Source: an uncultured Eubacteriales bacterium (GTDB taxonomy: Bacteria; Bacillota; Clostridia; Tissierellales; Peptoniphilaceae). From it: DNA of 64,000 nucleotides. The position numbers and the translations under genes are program-made. Where the stretch lies: NCBI GenBank assembly GCA_900540185.1, contig UQFH01000002.1, positions 16,817 through 80,816 of the forward strand, written 5' to 3'. Each line of letters opens with the position of its first letter. Within the stretch, counting starts at the first letter, position 1. This document shows, piece by piece, positions 1 to 9,554 of this stretch. The notes below the pieces were generated by a model, which saw only the letters and a list, made by a program, of their open reading frames with translations, was not told the DNA's origin and did no database searches.

Positions 1-283
1 TTTCTTCGACGCTGAAATTAAATGGTGTTTTTCCCGATTGATTCATCATGGCGATGATTTTTGCGCGTTCTTTTATTTTATATTCTTTTATACTCTTACC
101 TTTTAACAAAATCTCGCCTTTGGAAGGAGAGAGATAACCTGAAATCAGCCTCAAAAGTGTCGTTTTCCCACAACCGTTCGGACCGATTATAATAACTTTT
201 TCACCGGCGCTTACTTTCAAATTAATATTTTTAAGAATTTGTTTTTTTCCGAAACTGAAATATAAATCTCTAACTTCTATCAT
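1..283 (-). CDS. ABC transporter ATP-binding protein (FecE/BtuD-like), N-terminal fragment running off the window start
   Basis: Minus-strand translation from the ATG at 283-281 gives MIEVRDLYFSFGKKQILKNINLKVSAGEKVIIIGPNGCGKTTLL, which contains a Walker A motif. ATGA start/stop overlap with the upstream permease. Confidence 0.7.
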   Translation of the reverse strand, partial: MIEVRDLYFSFGKKQILKNINLKVSAGEKVIIIGPNGCGKTTLLRLISGYLSPSKGEILLKGKSIKEYKIKERAKIIAMMNQSGKTPFNFSVEE

Positions 284-1305
284 ATTTTTCGACTCCTTTT
301 GTGTTTTATAAGGAGCACCAGAAATAGAGGGCCGCCTATTAAAGACGTTATGATTCCGACGGGTATTTCAAATGTGCCCAAAATCGACCTTGCAATGGTG
401 TCGCAAAATAACATAAACATTCCACCGAAAATCATAGACGCCGGAAGCATAAATCTATGATCAGAGCCGAATATAAGCCTAATAAAGTGAGGAACAATGA
501 GTCCGACAAAACCTATGATGCCGCTTACAGAAACGGCGACAGAAGTTAATAGAGCACAAATGAGAAGCAAATTTCTCTTTAACTTTTTAACATCAAGCCC
601 CATACCGACTGCTTCCTCTTCACCCATAACAAGAACGTTCAAATCCTTTCCGTGGTAAAGAGTGAGGACGAAACCGATTACGGTAGGCACCAAAATCGTC
701 AGAACACGATCCCAACTTTTCGCATTAAAAGAACCCATAGTCCAAGTTATTATCTTCATGGCTTCGTCGTTGTGGATAAACATTATAAGAGAAATAAAAC
801 TTGACAAAACCGAGCTGATTACAATTCCCGAAAGCAATACCGAGAAAGTATCTACACCGTTTTTTGTTCGAGATAATAAAAAAACAATGGCGGTTATAAG
901 TATTGCGAAAAGAAAAGCTATAATATTTACAGCCGCATATCCTCCGAACATTGCGGTGGGTAAAAATACAATTGCCAAAGTTGCACCGAAAGCAGCGCCT
1001 GATGATACTCCCATCACATACGGATCTGCCATAGGATTTTGAAAAATTGCCTGATATGTTGCGCCCGCCATCGAAAGAAGTCCGCCCGTTAAAACCGAAA
1101 GAATTATTCTTGGCATTCGCACATTAAAAATAATAAAACGGATGGAGTCATCAGCACTGACCCCATCCATTCCCTTCTTTATCCATTCAATTATAGAGTT
1201 TACAATAATGGAAAATTCAATTTCAACCGAACCTTTGCTAATTGCAAAAATCATCAGCAAAAGTAAACAGATTGAAGAAATGGCTAAAAATGTTTTCCTT
1301 TTCAT
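280..1305 (-). CDS. FecCD-family (BtuC/FepD-like) iron-siderophore/cobalamin ABC permease
   Basis: 341-aa polytopic membrane ORF with typical FecCD sequence features. Sits in an operon with a binding protein and an ATPase. Confidence 0.85.
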   Translation of the reverse strand: MKRKTFLAISSICLLLLMIFAISKGSVEIEFSIIVNSIIEWIKKGMDGVSADDSIRFIIFNVRMPRIILSVLTGGLLSMAGATYQAIFQNPMADPYVMGVSSGAAFGATLAIVFLPTAMFGGYAAVNIIAFLFAILITAIVFLLSRTKNGVDTFSVLLSGIVISSVLSSFISLIMFIHNDEAMKIITWTMGSFNAKSWDRVLTILVPTVIGFVLTLYHGKDLNVLVMGEEEAVGMGLDVKKLKRNLLLICALLTSVAVSVSGIIGFVGLIVPHFIRLIFGSDHRFMLPASMIFGGMFMLFCDTIARSILGTFEIPVGIITSLIGGPLFLVLLIKHKRSRKI

Positions 1306-2507
1306 TAAAATTCCAAAGTTTTCAAAACTTCAGGGTGAGCAATTTTTAATAGTACCTTTAAACCATCATCAACAACTCTTCTTGAAGGTCTTGAGAAAAT
1401 ATCGGCGTCAATTTCAATAACGCGACCGTTTTTAACAGCACTTAAACCCTTGTATGCTTTTTCTGTCTTAAGAGCTTCTGTTGCAAAACTCGGAGTTAAA
1501 ATATAATACGGATCCTTTTGAATCAACTTTTCAAGAGTATAGCTGAAACCTTCGGCATCTGTAGGAGCATTTGTGTATCCTGCTACTGTTAAGATTCCGT
1601 TCATGAACGAATCTTTGCCGTGAGTATATTCACCGTATTGTCCCGTGCCGACAACAATATAAACTGATGGTTTTGAAAGCTTCTTTGTTTTCATTGCAAC
1701 AGTTTCAAGTTTTGCATTCATTGTTGAACAAAGAGCGCGGGCTTCGTAATTTTTGTCTAAAATTAAACCGATATTCTTAATTATCTCGTATGTTTCTTCC
1801 ATAGTTTTCGGAGTATCCATAGCGATAACTTCGATGTTTGCTTTTTTTAGTTCATTTAAAACTTCTTCTTTATAGTGAGTTTGTGCAATTACAGCTGTAG
1901 GTTTAAGGCTTACAATCTTTTCAAGGCTCGGCTCTTTAAGAGAACCCACGGATGGAAGACTTAGAGCAGCTTTAGGATAATTGCAATATTCACTTCTTCC
2001 AAGAAGCATCTTTTCAGCGCCTAGATCGAAAAATGTTTCTGTGACAGACGGAGCAAGTGAAACAACCTTGTTGTGATGCTTTGTGATCGTGTAATCATTT
2101 GCTTTTACAGGAAGCTTGTTTTCAGCAAGCTTTTCAACGGCGATCGACTTTGTATTTTTATTCCAACCGACCTTATAGTTAAGCGTTTCAAATAAAACTC
2201 TTAATGGAATTAAAAGCTCATTCTTTTTTTCAATCGTCTTTGTGTCCATTGTAAATGGAGTATTGTTGACAGTGAAAACACTTGAATTTTCTTTGAAAAC
2301 AAGTGTTGCATTTCCGTCGGAAATTGTGTAAGATGTTCCCTTTTTTTCAGTTTTAAGACCATAATCGGAAAGTTTTGAAAATTCAATATATGATCTTGAG
2401 TTTTGATTAATTACATCGCCCTTTTTGAAAGACAAATCTGCTGCATTAACACAGATTGAAAAAACAAACATAAGCGAAAGTAATAGTGCTAAAAATTTCT
2501 TCTTCAT
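1305..2507 (-). CDS. ABC substrate-binding lipoprotein/secreted protein (FecB/BtuF-type binding fold) with an N-terminal copper-amine-oxidase-like N-domain
   Basis: 400-aa ORF with a signal peptide. The C-terminal half resembles class III periplasmic binding proteins. Its stop overlaps the permease start. Confidence 0.75.
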   Translation of the reverse strand: MKKKFLALLLSLMFVFSICVNAADLSFKKGDVINQNSRSYIEFSKLSDYGLKTEKKGTSYTISDGNATLVFKENSSVFTVNNTPFTMDTKTIEKKNELLIPLRVLFETLNYKVGWNKNTKSIAVEKLAENKLPVKANDYTITKHHNKVVSLAPSVTETFFDLGAEKMLLGRSEYCNYPKAALSLPSVGSLKEPSLEKIVSLKPTAVIAQTHYKEEVLNELKKANIEVIAMDTPKTMEETYEIIKNIGLILDKNYEARALCSTMNAKLETVAMKTKKLSKPSVYIVVGTGQYGEYTHGKDSFMNGILTVAGYTNAPTDAEGFSYTLEKLIQKDPYYILTPSFATEALKTEKAYKGLSAVKNGRVIEIDADIFSRPSRRVVDDGLKVLLKIAHPEVLKTLEF

Positions 2508-2790
2508 AAATAACCTCCTCCGGACTTTAAAAATCCGATTTCATCATTATAATATCATATGAAAACTTAATATTCAACAAATATTTTACACATTTACATA
2601 AAATTAAATATTAGTTACAAATCTGTAATTAAAAAATAGAGTTTGTGATTTTAAACACTGTAAAAGAATAAAATAACATGCGTTTGTAAATAAGTAATAA
2701 CTAAAATGTAATAAAAATGTAAATATTGATTTTTTTGAAATATGAAAAATATATGATATAATAAAGTGGAAAGAATAGAGGTAATGCATT

Positions 2791-3378
2791 ATGGAAAAAA
2801 TTGATGAAATGAAAAACTCTCTCATGGCAATAAACTCGAAATTTGACGGATTGCGCGACGAACTGTTCAACATAATAATGGACGACCTTGAAAAACTTTT
2901 GGAAAAAAATGCGAGCGCCGAATTTAAAAAAGGAGTCGAAGAGGGAATAAATCTTATTGAATATATGTATGAAACGGACGAAGAGGATCGCGGACTTTTC
3001 AGATTTATCGGAGAAATTCCGGAAGAAATGAAGATTGTGCCGCTGAATGACGAAAATTTTCTCGAAATGATATTGAAAGAAGTTGTAACTCCAATAATAA
3101 CTATAAACGGCGACGAAGAAACGAGAAAAAACATCGAGGACTTGAACCGAAGAGAGGAAAAAAACACCGTCGACTTTATTAAGCGCGCGAATGTAGACTC
3201 GATTTTCAATTCGATTGACAGACTTCTTGACTACATCTACGAAGAATCGACCGAACTTCAGGAAATGCCGGAAAACGCAAATGACGAATTCCACCTCGGC
3301 ATAAACTATGTCTACGAATACGTCTACGCTGTCTATAAAGAACTCGAAAAAATAAGGGACAAATACATTTTAAACTAA
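2791..3378 (+). CDS. hypothetical acidic cytoplasmic protein
   Basis: 195-aa ORF with balanced, Glu/Asp-rich composition. The overlapping minus-strand ORFs are Phe/Ser/Ile-rich shadow frames in AT-rich DNA. Confidence 0.45.
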   Translation: MEKIDEMKNSLMAINSKFDGLRDELFNIIMDDLEKLLEKNASAEFKKGVEEGINLIEYMYETDEEDRGLFRFIGEIPEEMKIVPLNDENFLEMILKEVVTPIITINGDEETRKNIEDLNRREEKNTVDFIKRANVDSIFNSIDRLLDYIYEESTELQEMPENANDEFHLGINYVYEYVYAVYKELEKIRDKYILN

Positions 3379-3580
3379 GCTCTAGATGAGCTTTTTTTAT
3401 TACATAAATTATATAAAACAAAACGAAATACTTTTCGAAATGTAAATCATTGTTATGGAACTATTGAAAAAACAAATACAACTTGTGACTGCTATTGATT
3501 AAAATAATAGCACGCATTTAACCCTTTAAAAATGCACATTTAAAAAAATAAAAACTCTGAAAATGTGAGAAAATCGCCCT

Positions 3581-3615
3581 TGACTAAAAAAATCGGTAGC
3601 GGTATCATATAATTT
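3581..3615 (+). promoter_or_regulatory. putative sigma-A promoter upstream of the CMD gene
   Basis: TTGACT, about 17 nt spacer, then TATCATATAAT. Confidence 0.3.
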
Positions 3616-3644
3616 GTAATTTATTAAATATCAAGGAGGTCATT

Positions 3645-4490
3645 ATGACTAAAAGAATTTTATCATTAGCATTGGCAGTAGTTATGGCTGCAACAACTTT
3701 CTCATTCAGTGCATTTGCTGCTGACAAGAAAGAAGAAAAGAAAGCTGAAACAAAAAAAGTAAGTTTATTTGAAAAATACAACAAAAACGTTTCAGACGCT
3801 TTCTCAAATGCTGCAAAAGCAAACAAAGGCGACTCAGCTTTGACACAAAAACAAAAAGAATTCATCAGCCTTTCAGTCGGAATCGCTGTAAAATGCGACG
3901 CTTGCACAAAGACACACTCAAAACTCGCAGTTCAAGCAGGTGCTACAATGGAAGAACTTGCTGAAATGGTTGGCGTTTGCGTTATGATGGGTGGCGGACC
4001 TTCAACTGCTTTCGGAAGAGTTGCTCTTGAAACTGCAAAAGAAGCAGGCGCAAAAGAAGCTGAAAAGAAAATCGAATTAAAACCGATTACAGAATTTAAA
4101 GGCGAACTTGGCGACGACATCGTTAGCGTTAATAAACCTGAATTTGCTAAAAAATATTCATTAATCGGCAAAAACGTTATGAGAGACGGATATCTCACAG
4201 TTAAAGAAAAAGAACTTATCTCTTTAGCAATCGCTATCGCTGTAAGATGTGACGGATGCATGAAATACCACGGAGCACAATGTGCAAGAGTGGGTGTTAC
4301 AGAAGCTGAACTCGCTGACCTCGTAGCATGCTGCAAAATCATGGGTGGCGGACCTGCATCACCTGCATCAAGAACAGCTATTCAAGTTTACCAAGACGAA
4401 AAAGCTGTAATGGAAAAAGAAGCTAAAGAAGCAAAAGAAGCTAAAACAGAAAAGAAAGCTGAAACAAAAACAGAAAAGAAAACAAAATAA
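3645..4490 (+). CDS. secreted protein with two tandem carboxymuconolactone decarboxylase (AhpD-like) domains and Lys/Glu-rich linker and tail
   Basis: GGAGG RBS. Signal peptide MTKRILSLALAVVMAATTFSFSAFA. Two copies of the core motif (VKCDACTKTHS...CVMMGGGP and VRCDGCMKYHG...CKIMGGGP). KEEKK-type repeats at both ends. Confidence 0.8.
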   Translation: MTKRILSLALAVVMAATTFSFSAFAADKKEEKKAETKKVSLFEKYNKNVSDAFSNAAKANKGDSALTQKQKEFISLSVGIAVKCDACTKTHSKLAVQAGATMEELAEMVGVCVMMGGGPSTAFGRVALETAKEAGAKEAEKKIELKPITEFKGELGDDIVSVNKPEFAKKYSLIGKNVMRDGYLTVKEKELISLAIAIAVRCDGCMKYHGAQCARVGVTEAELADLVACCKIMGGGPASPASRTAIQVYQDEKAVMEKEAKEAKEAKTEKKAETKTEKKTK

Positions 4491-4507
4491 GAATTTGTTT
4501 TGAAAGG

Positions 4508-4533
4508 TGCCTGGAGAGAGGCGCCTTTTTTAT
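4508..4533 (+). terminator. rho-independent terminator of the CMD gene
   Basis: GGTGCC-TGGAGAGA-GGCGCC hairpin followed by TTTTTT. Confidence 0.6.
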
Positions 4534-5200
4534 TTGCGGTTATTTTATTTGCGGTTATTTTCGCTATAAATGCTTGATTCAATATTTTAGTCGCTGCGAC
4601 GTACTTACCAGTACGCCTCACTCCTAAAATATTTCATCTAAGCGTTTCTCATCGAAAATTCCTCGCAAATAACGGTGTATGTAGGGGAAAAATTTTTTGA
4701 TTTTTCAAAACTTACCGTTGTTAATATTTTTATATATTATATGTACACATAAATGGGCGGCGCAAACGTTATAGCCCTAACCCGTGCTTTTTGATTTGAC
4801 AAAATCAAAAACACGATGGTAGGACTTATACAAAGACGTCCGACGACATTTCGACGAACAGGAGAAATGAGTCGTTGACGTCGATTGTGCATGCGCCGTT
4901 ACGTTCTGGGAAGCACACAATGATGTGTAGAATCATATGTCGTAAAAGTTATACGCGAAGATAAAATTTTAAGGTTAGAATAAATTACTGTGAATGAATT
5001 ATTGTTGGATGTGATTACGTTATTTGTAGCGTCGGGCTACGTCTCGACGCATGAGATATAGATAAACACACGCGTATAAACAATTTAAAAATAGATTCAA
5101 ATAAACGCCGTCTGTAACGGCGACCAGTTTTTTTATCCATCGAGCAGAAATCTGTGATTTCGCCTGGAGATGAGATAAAAAGGTGTATCGCCGCCAATAA
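4531..5200. repeat. intergenic repeat cluster A (units R1, R4 with a nested insert, R3, R2a)
   Basis: R1 at 4531-4674, R4 at 4754-4940, R3 at 4985-5100 and R2 at 5104-5198. Each is matched by copies at other loci in the window (see findings). Confidence 0.85.
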
Positions 5201-5347
5201 GGAAAAGTTGTGGGGTTGTAATTTACATAAATGCCATAACCGGCGCCGGGAAATTTTTATTCCTAGCGTCGTAACATATGTCGGTCGCTATGTCGCGCAT
5301 TAGAATGTATAAAATATAAATAAATGTATTTTACATAAAAGCCCATG

Positions 5348-5376
5348 TTGACAAACAAAAAACATGGGCATATAAT
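5348..5376 (+). promoter_or_regulatory. canonical sigma-A promoter of tRNA-Val
   Basis: TTGACA, 17 nt, TATAAT. The -35 box lies inside a 9-bp inverted repeat GCCCATGTT...AACATGGGC. Confidence 0.65.
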
Positions 5377-5391
5377 ATGTTTATAAGATAT

Positions 5392-5468
5392 GGACTGTTA
5401 GCTCAGTTGGTTAGAGCATTGCATTCACATTGCAGGGGTCACAAGTTCGAGTCCTGTACAGTCCACCA
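5392..5468 (+). tRNA. tRNA-Val (anticodon CAC, read by eye)
   Basis: Cloverleaf: acceptor GGACTGT/ACAGTCC, D-arm GCTC...GAGC, anticodon loop TTCACAT, T-loop TTCGAGT, 3' CCA encoded. Confidence 0.8.
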
Positions 5469-5474
5469 ATTTGC

Positions 5475-5526
5475 GTTCCGGTTGGAGCGCTTTTTTTATG
5501 TACGGCGGAAGATCCGCCTTTTTATT
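5475..5526 (+). terminator. tandem hairpin terminators after the tRNA
   Basis: GCGTTCC-GGTT-GGAGCGC followed by T7, then GGCGG-AAGAT-CCGCC followed by T5. Confidence 0.55.
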
Positions 5527-5533
5527 TGTATAT

Positions 5534-6460
5534 TTATTTTATTTCGTTCATTATTTCTCTAAGTTTTTTTAAATTGTTTTCCTCATATGGGCTGTGGCCG
5601 GCGGCGTCAGTTATATACAGTTCGACGTTTTCAAGTTTTTGTGCGAGGCAATATGCGCCGATCGGGCGACAGTCGATGTCGTATCTTCCGTGCACAATAT
5701 ATGTTTTTATATTTTTTATTTTGTCGGCGTTTTCCAAGATGTAGTTATCCGTCGGGAAGAAGTTTTTGTTTTTAAAGTAAAAACATTCGTAAAATGCAAG
5801 GCTCATTTTTTGCGCGGTATATTCGTTGTTCACTTCTCCGGGAAGGAGTGTCACAAGTCCGTCTTCCCAATTTGCCCATTTTATTGCGGCGGCTTTCTTT
5901 TTTTCTTCGTCGTCGGACATAAATATTTCGTAGTATGAGTCCACGATTTTATCCCTTTTGTTTTCCGGAAGAAAGTTTTTGTATTCTTCGAAAAGCTCCG
6001 GGAAGTAGTAGCTTGCGCCTTCCTCATAGAGCCAATTAACATCTTCCTCTCTACCCAAAAATATTCCTCTTAAAACCAGATTTTCCACTCTTTCCGGGTG
6101 CGCGATTGCATAGAGAAGGGCGAGCGTTGAGCCGTAGCTTCCGCCGAAAACTGTCCATTTTTTTATGCCGAAATGCTCTCTAATTTTTTCCATGTCCTCA
6201 ACCGTTTGAAAAGGGGTGACATTTTTTGTTTCAAGAAACGGTGTAGATTCACCGGTTCCCCTTTGGTCGAAAAGTATGACGCGGTGATTATCGTTAAAAA
6301 ATTCGAGCGATTTTTCGCCGACCGATCCTCCCGGTCCACCGTGCAAAAAAATCACGGGTGCGCCGTTTTTGTTTCCGCAATCCAAAACGTTAAGGGTGTG
6401 CGTTTCATCAACTTTCAGTTTTATTTTTTCATTAATTTTCATTTCTCCCTCCGTCAACAA
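5534..6460 (-). CDS. pip: proline iminopeptidase (prolyl aminopeptidase, S33 alpha/beta hydrolase)
   Basis: 308 aa. Contains HGGPGG and the GGSYGSTLAL nucleophile elbow. Family-level match. Confidence 0.85.
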   Translation of the reverse strand: MLTEGEMKINEKIKLKVDETHTLNVLDCGNKNGAPVIFLHGGPGGSVGEKSLEFFNDNHRVILFDQRGTGESTPFLETKNVTPFQTVEDMEKIREHFGIKKWTVFGGSYGSTLALLYAIAHPERVENLVLRGIFLGREEDVNWLYEEGASYYFPELFEEYKNFLPENKRDKIVDSYYEIFMSDDEEKKKAAAIKWANWEDGLVTLLPGEVNNEYTAQKMSLAFYECFYFKNKNFFPTDNYILENADKIKNIKTYIVHGRYDIDCRPIGAYCLAQKLENVELYITDAAGHSPYEENNLKKLREIMNEIK

Positions 6461-7352
6461 AATCTATATTTCTTCTTTTGAGTTCTTTCTGAATTGAGCT
6501 TATGACTGCGCATTTGTGTTTTGTCCAGTCAGGCACGATGAGATTTTCCCGAACCGGGTCGCCGGTGATTCGGTGGTAAACTATGTCGCGCGGCAAAATT
6601 TCCATTCCGTCACAAACAAGATTTACATATTCCTCTTCGGTGAGTACTGGAAACGGTTTTTCGGTGTAGAGTTTTCCGAGTCTAGAGTGTTTGTCGACGT
6701 AAAGACTGTGAATTTTCACGCCGAACGGATGAAGCTCTTTTACATATTCAAATGTTTCAAGCATGTCCTCTCTCGTTTCGGTCGGAAGTCCCAAAATCAT
6801 GTGCACGATGATTTTAAATCCGTCGTCAATCAGCTCGCGCGCTTTTTTGTCAAAGTATTCGTGGCTGTATCCGCGATTTATAAAATCCAAAGTTTTTTCG
6901 TGGATGGATTGCATGCCGAGCTCAATCCAAGTTTCCGTTTTTTTATCATACTCTTTTAGAAGTTCGATTCTTTCAAGGTCCATACAGTCCGCTCTCGTCG
7001 CAATGTCGAGTCCCACGATGTCTTTGTCAGAAAGCGCTTCGTCGTAGATTTTTCGAAGCTTCGGCACAGGTTTATATGTGTTTGTAAAGTTTTGAAAATA
7101 CGCGATGTATTTTTCGACTTTCCACTTTCCGCCGTACATAGTTTTTTGGTGCGCGATTTGCTCAGAAATAGTTTTTGCGCCGATGCAACCTGCAAATTCA
7201 CCGCTTCCTCTTTCGGAGCAGTAGATGCATCCCAAGTTGCTCAAAGTTCCGTCTCTGTTTGGACATGTGAAGCCACCGTCAAGACAGACTTTTCCGACTT
7301 TAACTCCAAATTTATTTTTTAAATAGCTGCTTAGTGAATAATATCTTTCCAT
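6432..7352 (-). CDS. TIGR01212-family radical SAM protein
   Basis: 306 aa. N-terminal Cys cluster CPNRDGTLSNLGCIYCSE. Overlaps the pip start by 29 nt. Confidence 0.8.
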   Translation of the reverse strand: MERYYSLSSYLKNKFGVKVGKVCLDGGFTCPNRDGTLSNLGCIYCSERGSGEFAGCIGAKTISEQIAHQKTMYGGKWKVEKYIAYFQNFTNTYKPVPKLRKIYDEALSDKDIVGLDIATRADCMDLERIELLKEYDKKTETWIELGMQSIHEKTLDFINRGYSHEYFDKKARELIDDGFKIIVHMILGLPTETREDMLETFEYVKELHPFGVKIHSLYVDKHSRLGKLYTEKPFPVLTEEEYVNLVCDGMEILPRDIVYHRITGDPVRENLIVPDWTKHKCAVISSIQKELKRRNIDFVDGGRNEN

Positions 7353-7532
7353 ATTTAAATTATACTACAAAGTTTTAAATATTCATAATTCGAATAAATT
7401 TTTATAAATAGCTGTTATTTTTTAGAAAATGGGGGTATAATATAAATAGTTAGCACTCACCGATAGAGATTGCTAATAATGAAACTCTAATTACTGAAAT
7501 TAGAGTTTATCTATGATATGGAGGTAGTTATT

Positions 7533-9462
<1,930 letters not shown>

Positions 9463-9469
9463 TAAAATA

Positions 9470-9508
9470 AAATGTGTAGCATACCATGTGCTGCACTTTT
9501 TTATTGCA
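9470..9508 (+). terminator. groESL terminator
   Basis: GTGTAGCA-TACCATG-TGCTGCAC hairpin followed by TTTTTTATT. Confidence 0.5.
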
Positions 9509-9511
9509 ACA

Positions 9512-9545
9512 AAAAAACGTGCAGATTTTACAATTTGCACGTTTA
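9512..9545 (-). terminator. purC terminator
   Basis: Minus strand: AACGTGCA-AATTGTAAAATC-TGCACGTT followed by TTTTTTT. Confidence 0.6.
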
Positions 9546-9554
9546 TATTACATA

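Noticed and set aside
2604-3294. Two long minus-strand ORFs (201 and 197 aa) overlapping the 2791-3378 plus-strand ORF.
   Set aside because: They are Phe/Ser/Ile-rich low-complexity translations typical of antisense frames in AT-rich DNA. The plus-strand frame has normal acidic/charged composition.
5015-5197. Small ORFs inside the repeat units that give similar peptides. The 60-84-aa minus-strand ORFs at 5015-5197, 14645-14842, 46373-46600 and 52798-52998 share ...DFCSMDKK.GRRY..RLFESI... and ...YLMRRDVARRYK... The plus and minus ORFs at 37224-37433, 37515-37718, 37492-37728, 59702-59938 and 16464-16652 are of the same kind.
   Set aside because: The peptide similarity simply mirrors nucleotide identity of the repeats. 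Nearly every nucleotide difference between copies is non-synonymous in these frames. Several changes are compensatory within hairpins. Copies are truncated or recombined at non-codon boundaries, and there are no RBSs. This is more parsimoniously non-coding structured repeats.
4491-5390. CRISPR array hypothesis for the repeat-rich intergenic regions.
   Set aside because: Repeats are 60-190 bp, heterogeneous and not regularly interspaced with unique spacers. There are no cas genes in the window.
7518-7532. Upstream start for groES (MEVVIMQIK...) given by the ORF track.
   Set aside because: That ATG lies inside the GGAGG Shine-Dalgarno. The ATG at 7533 gives the canonical GroES N-terminus with correct RBS spacing.
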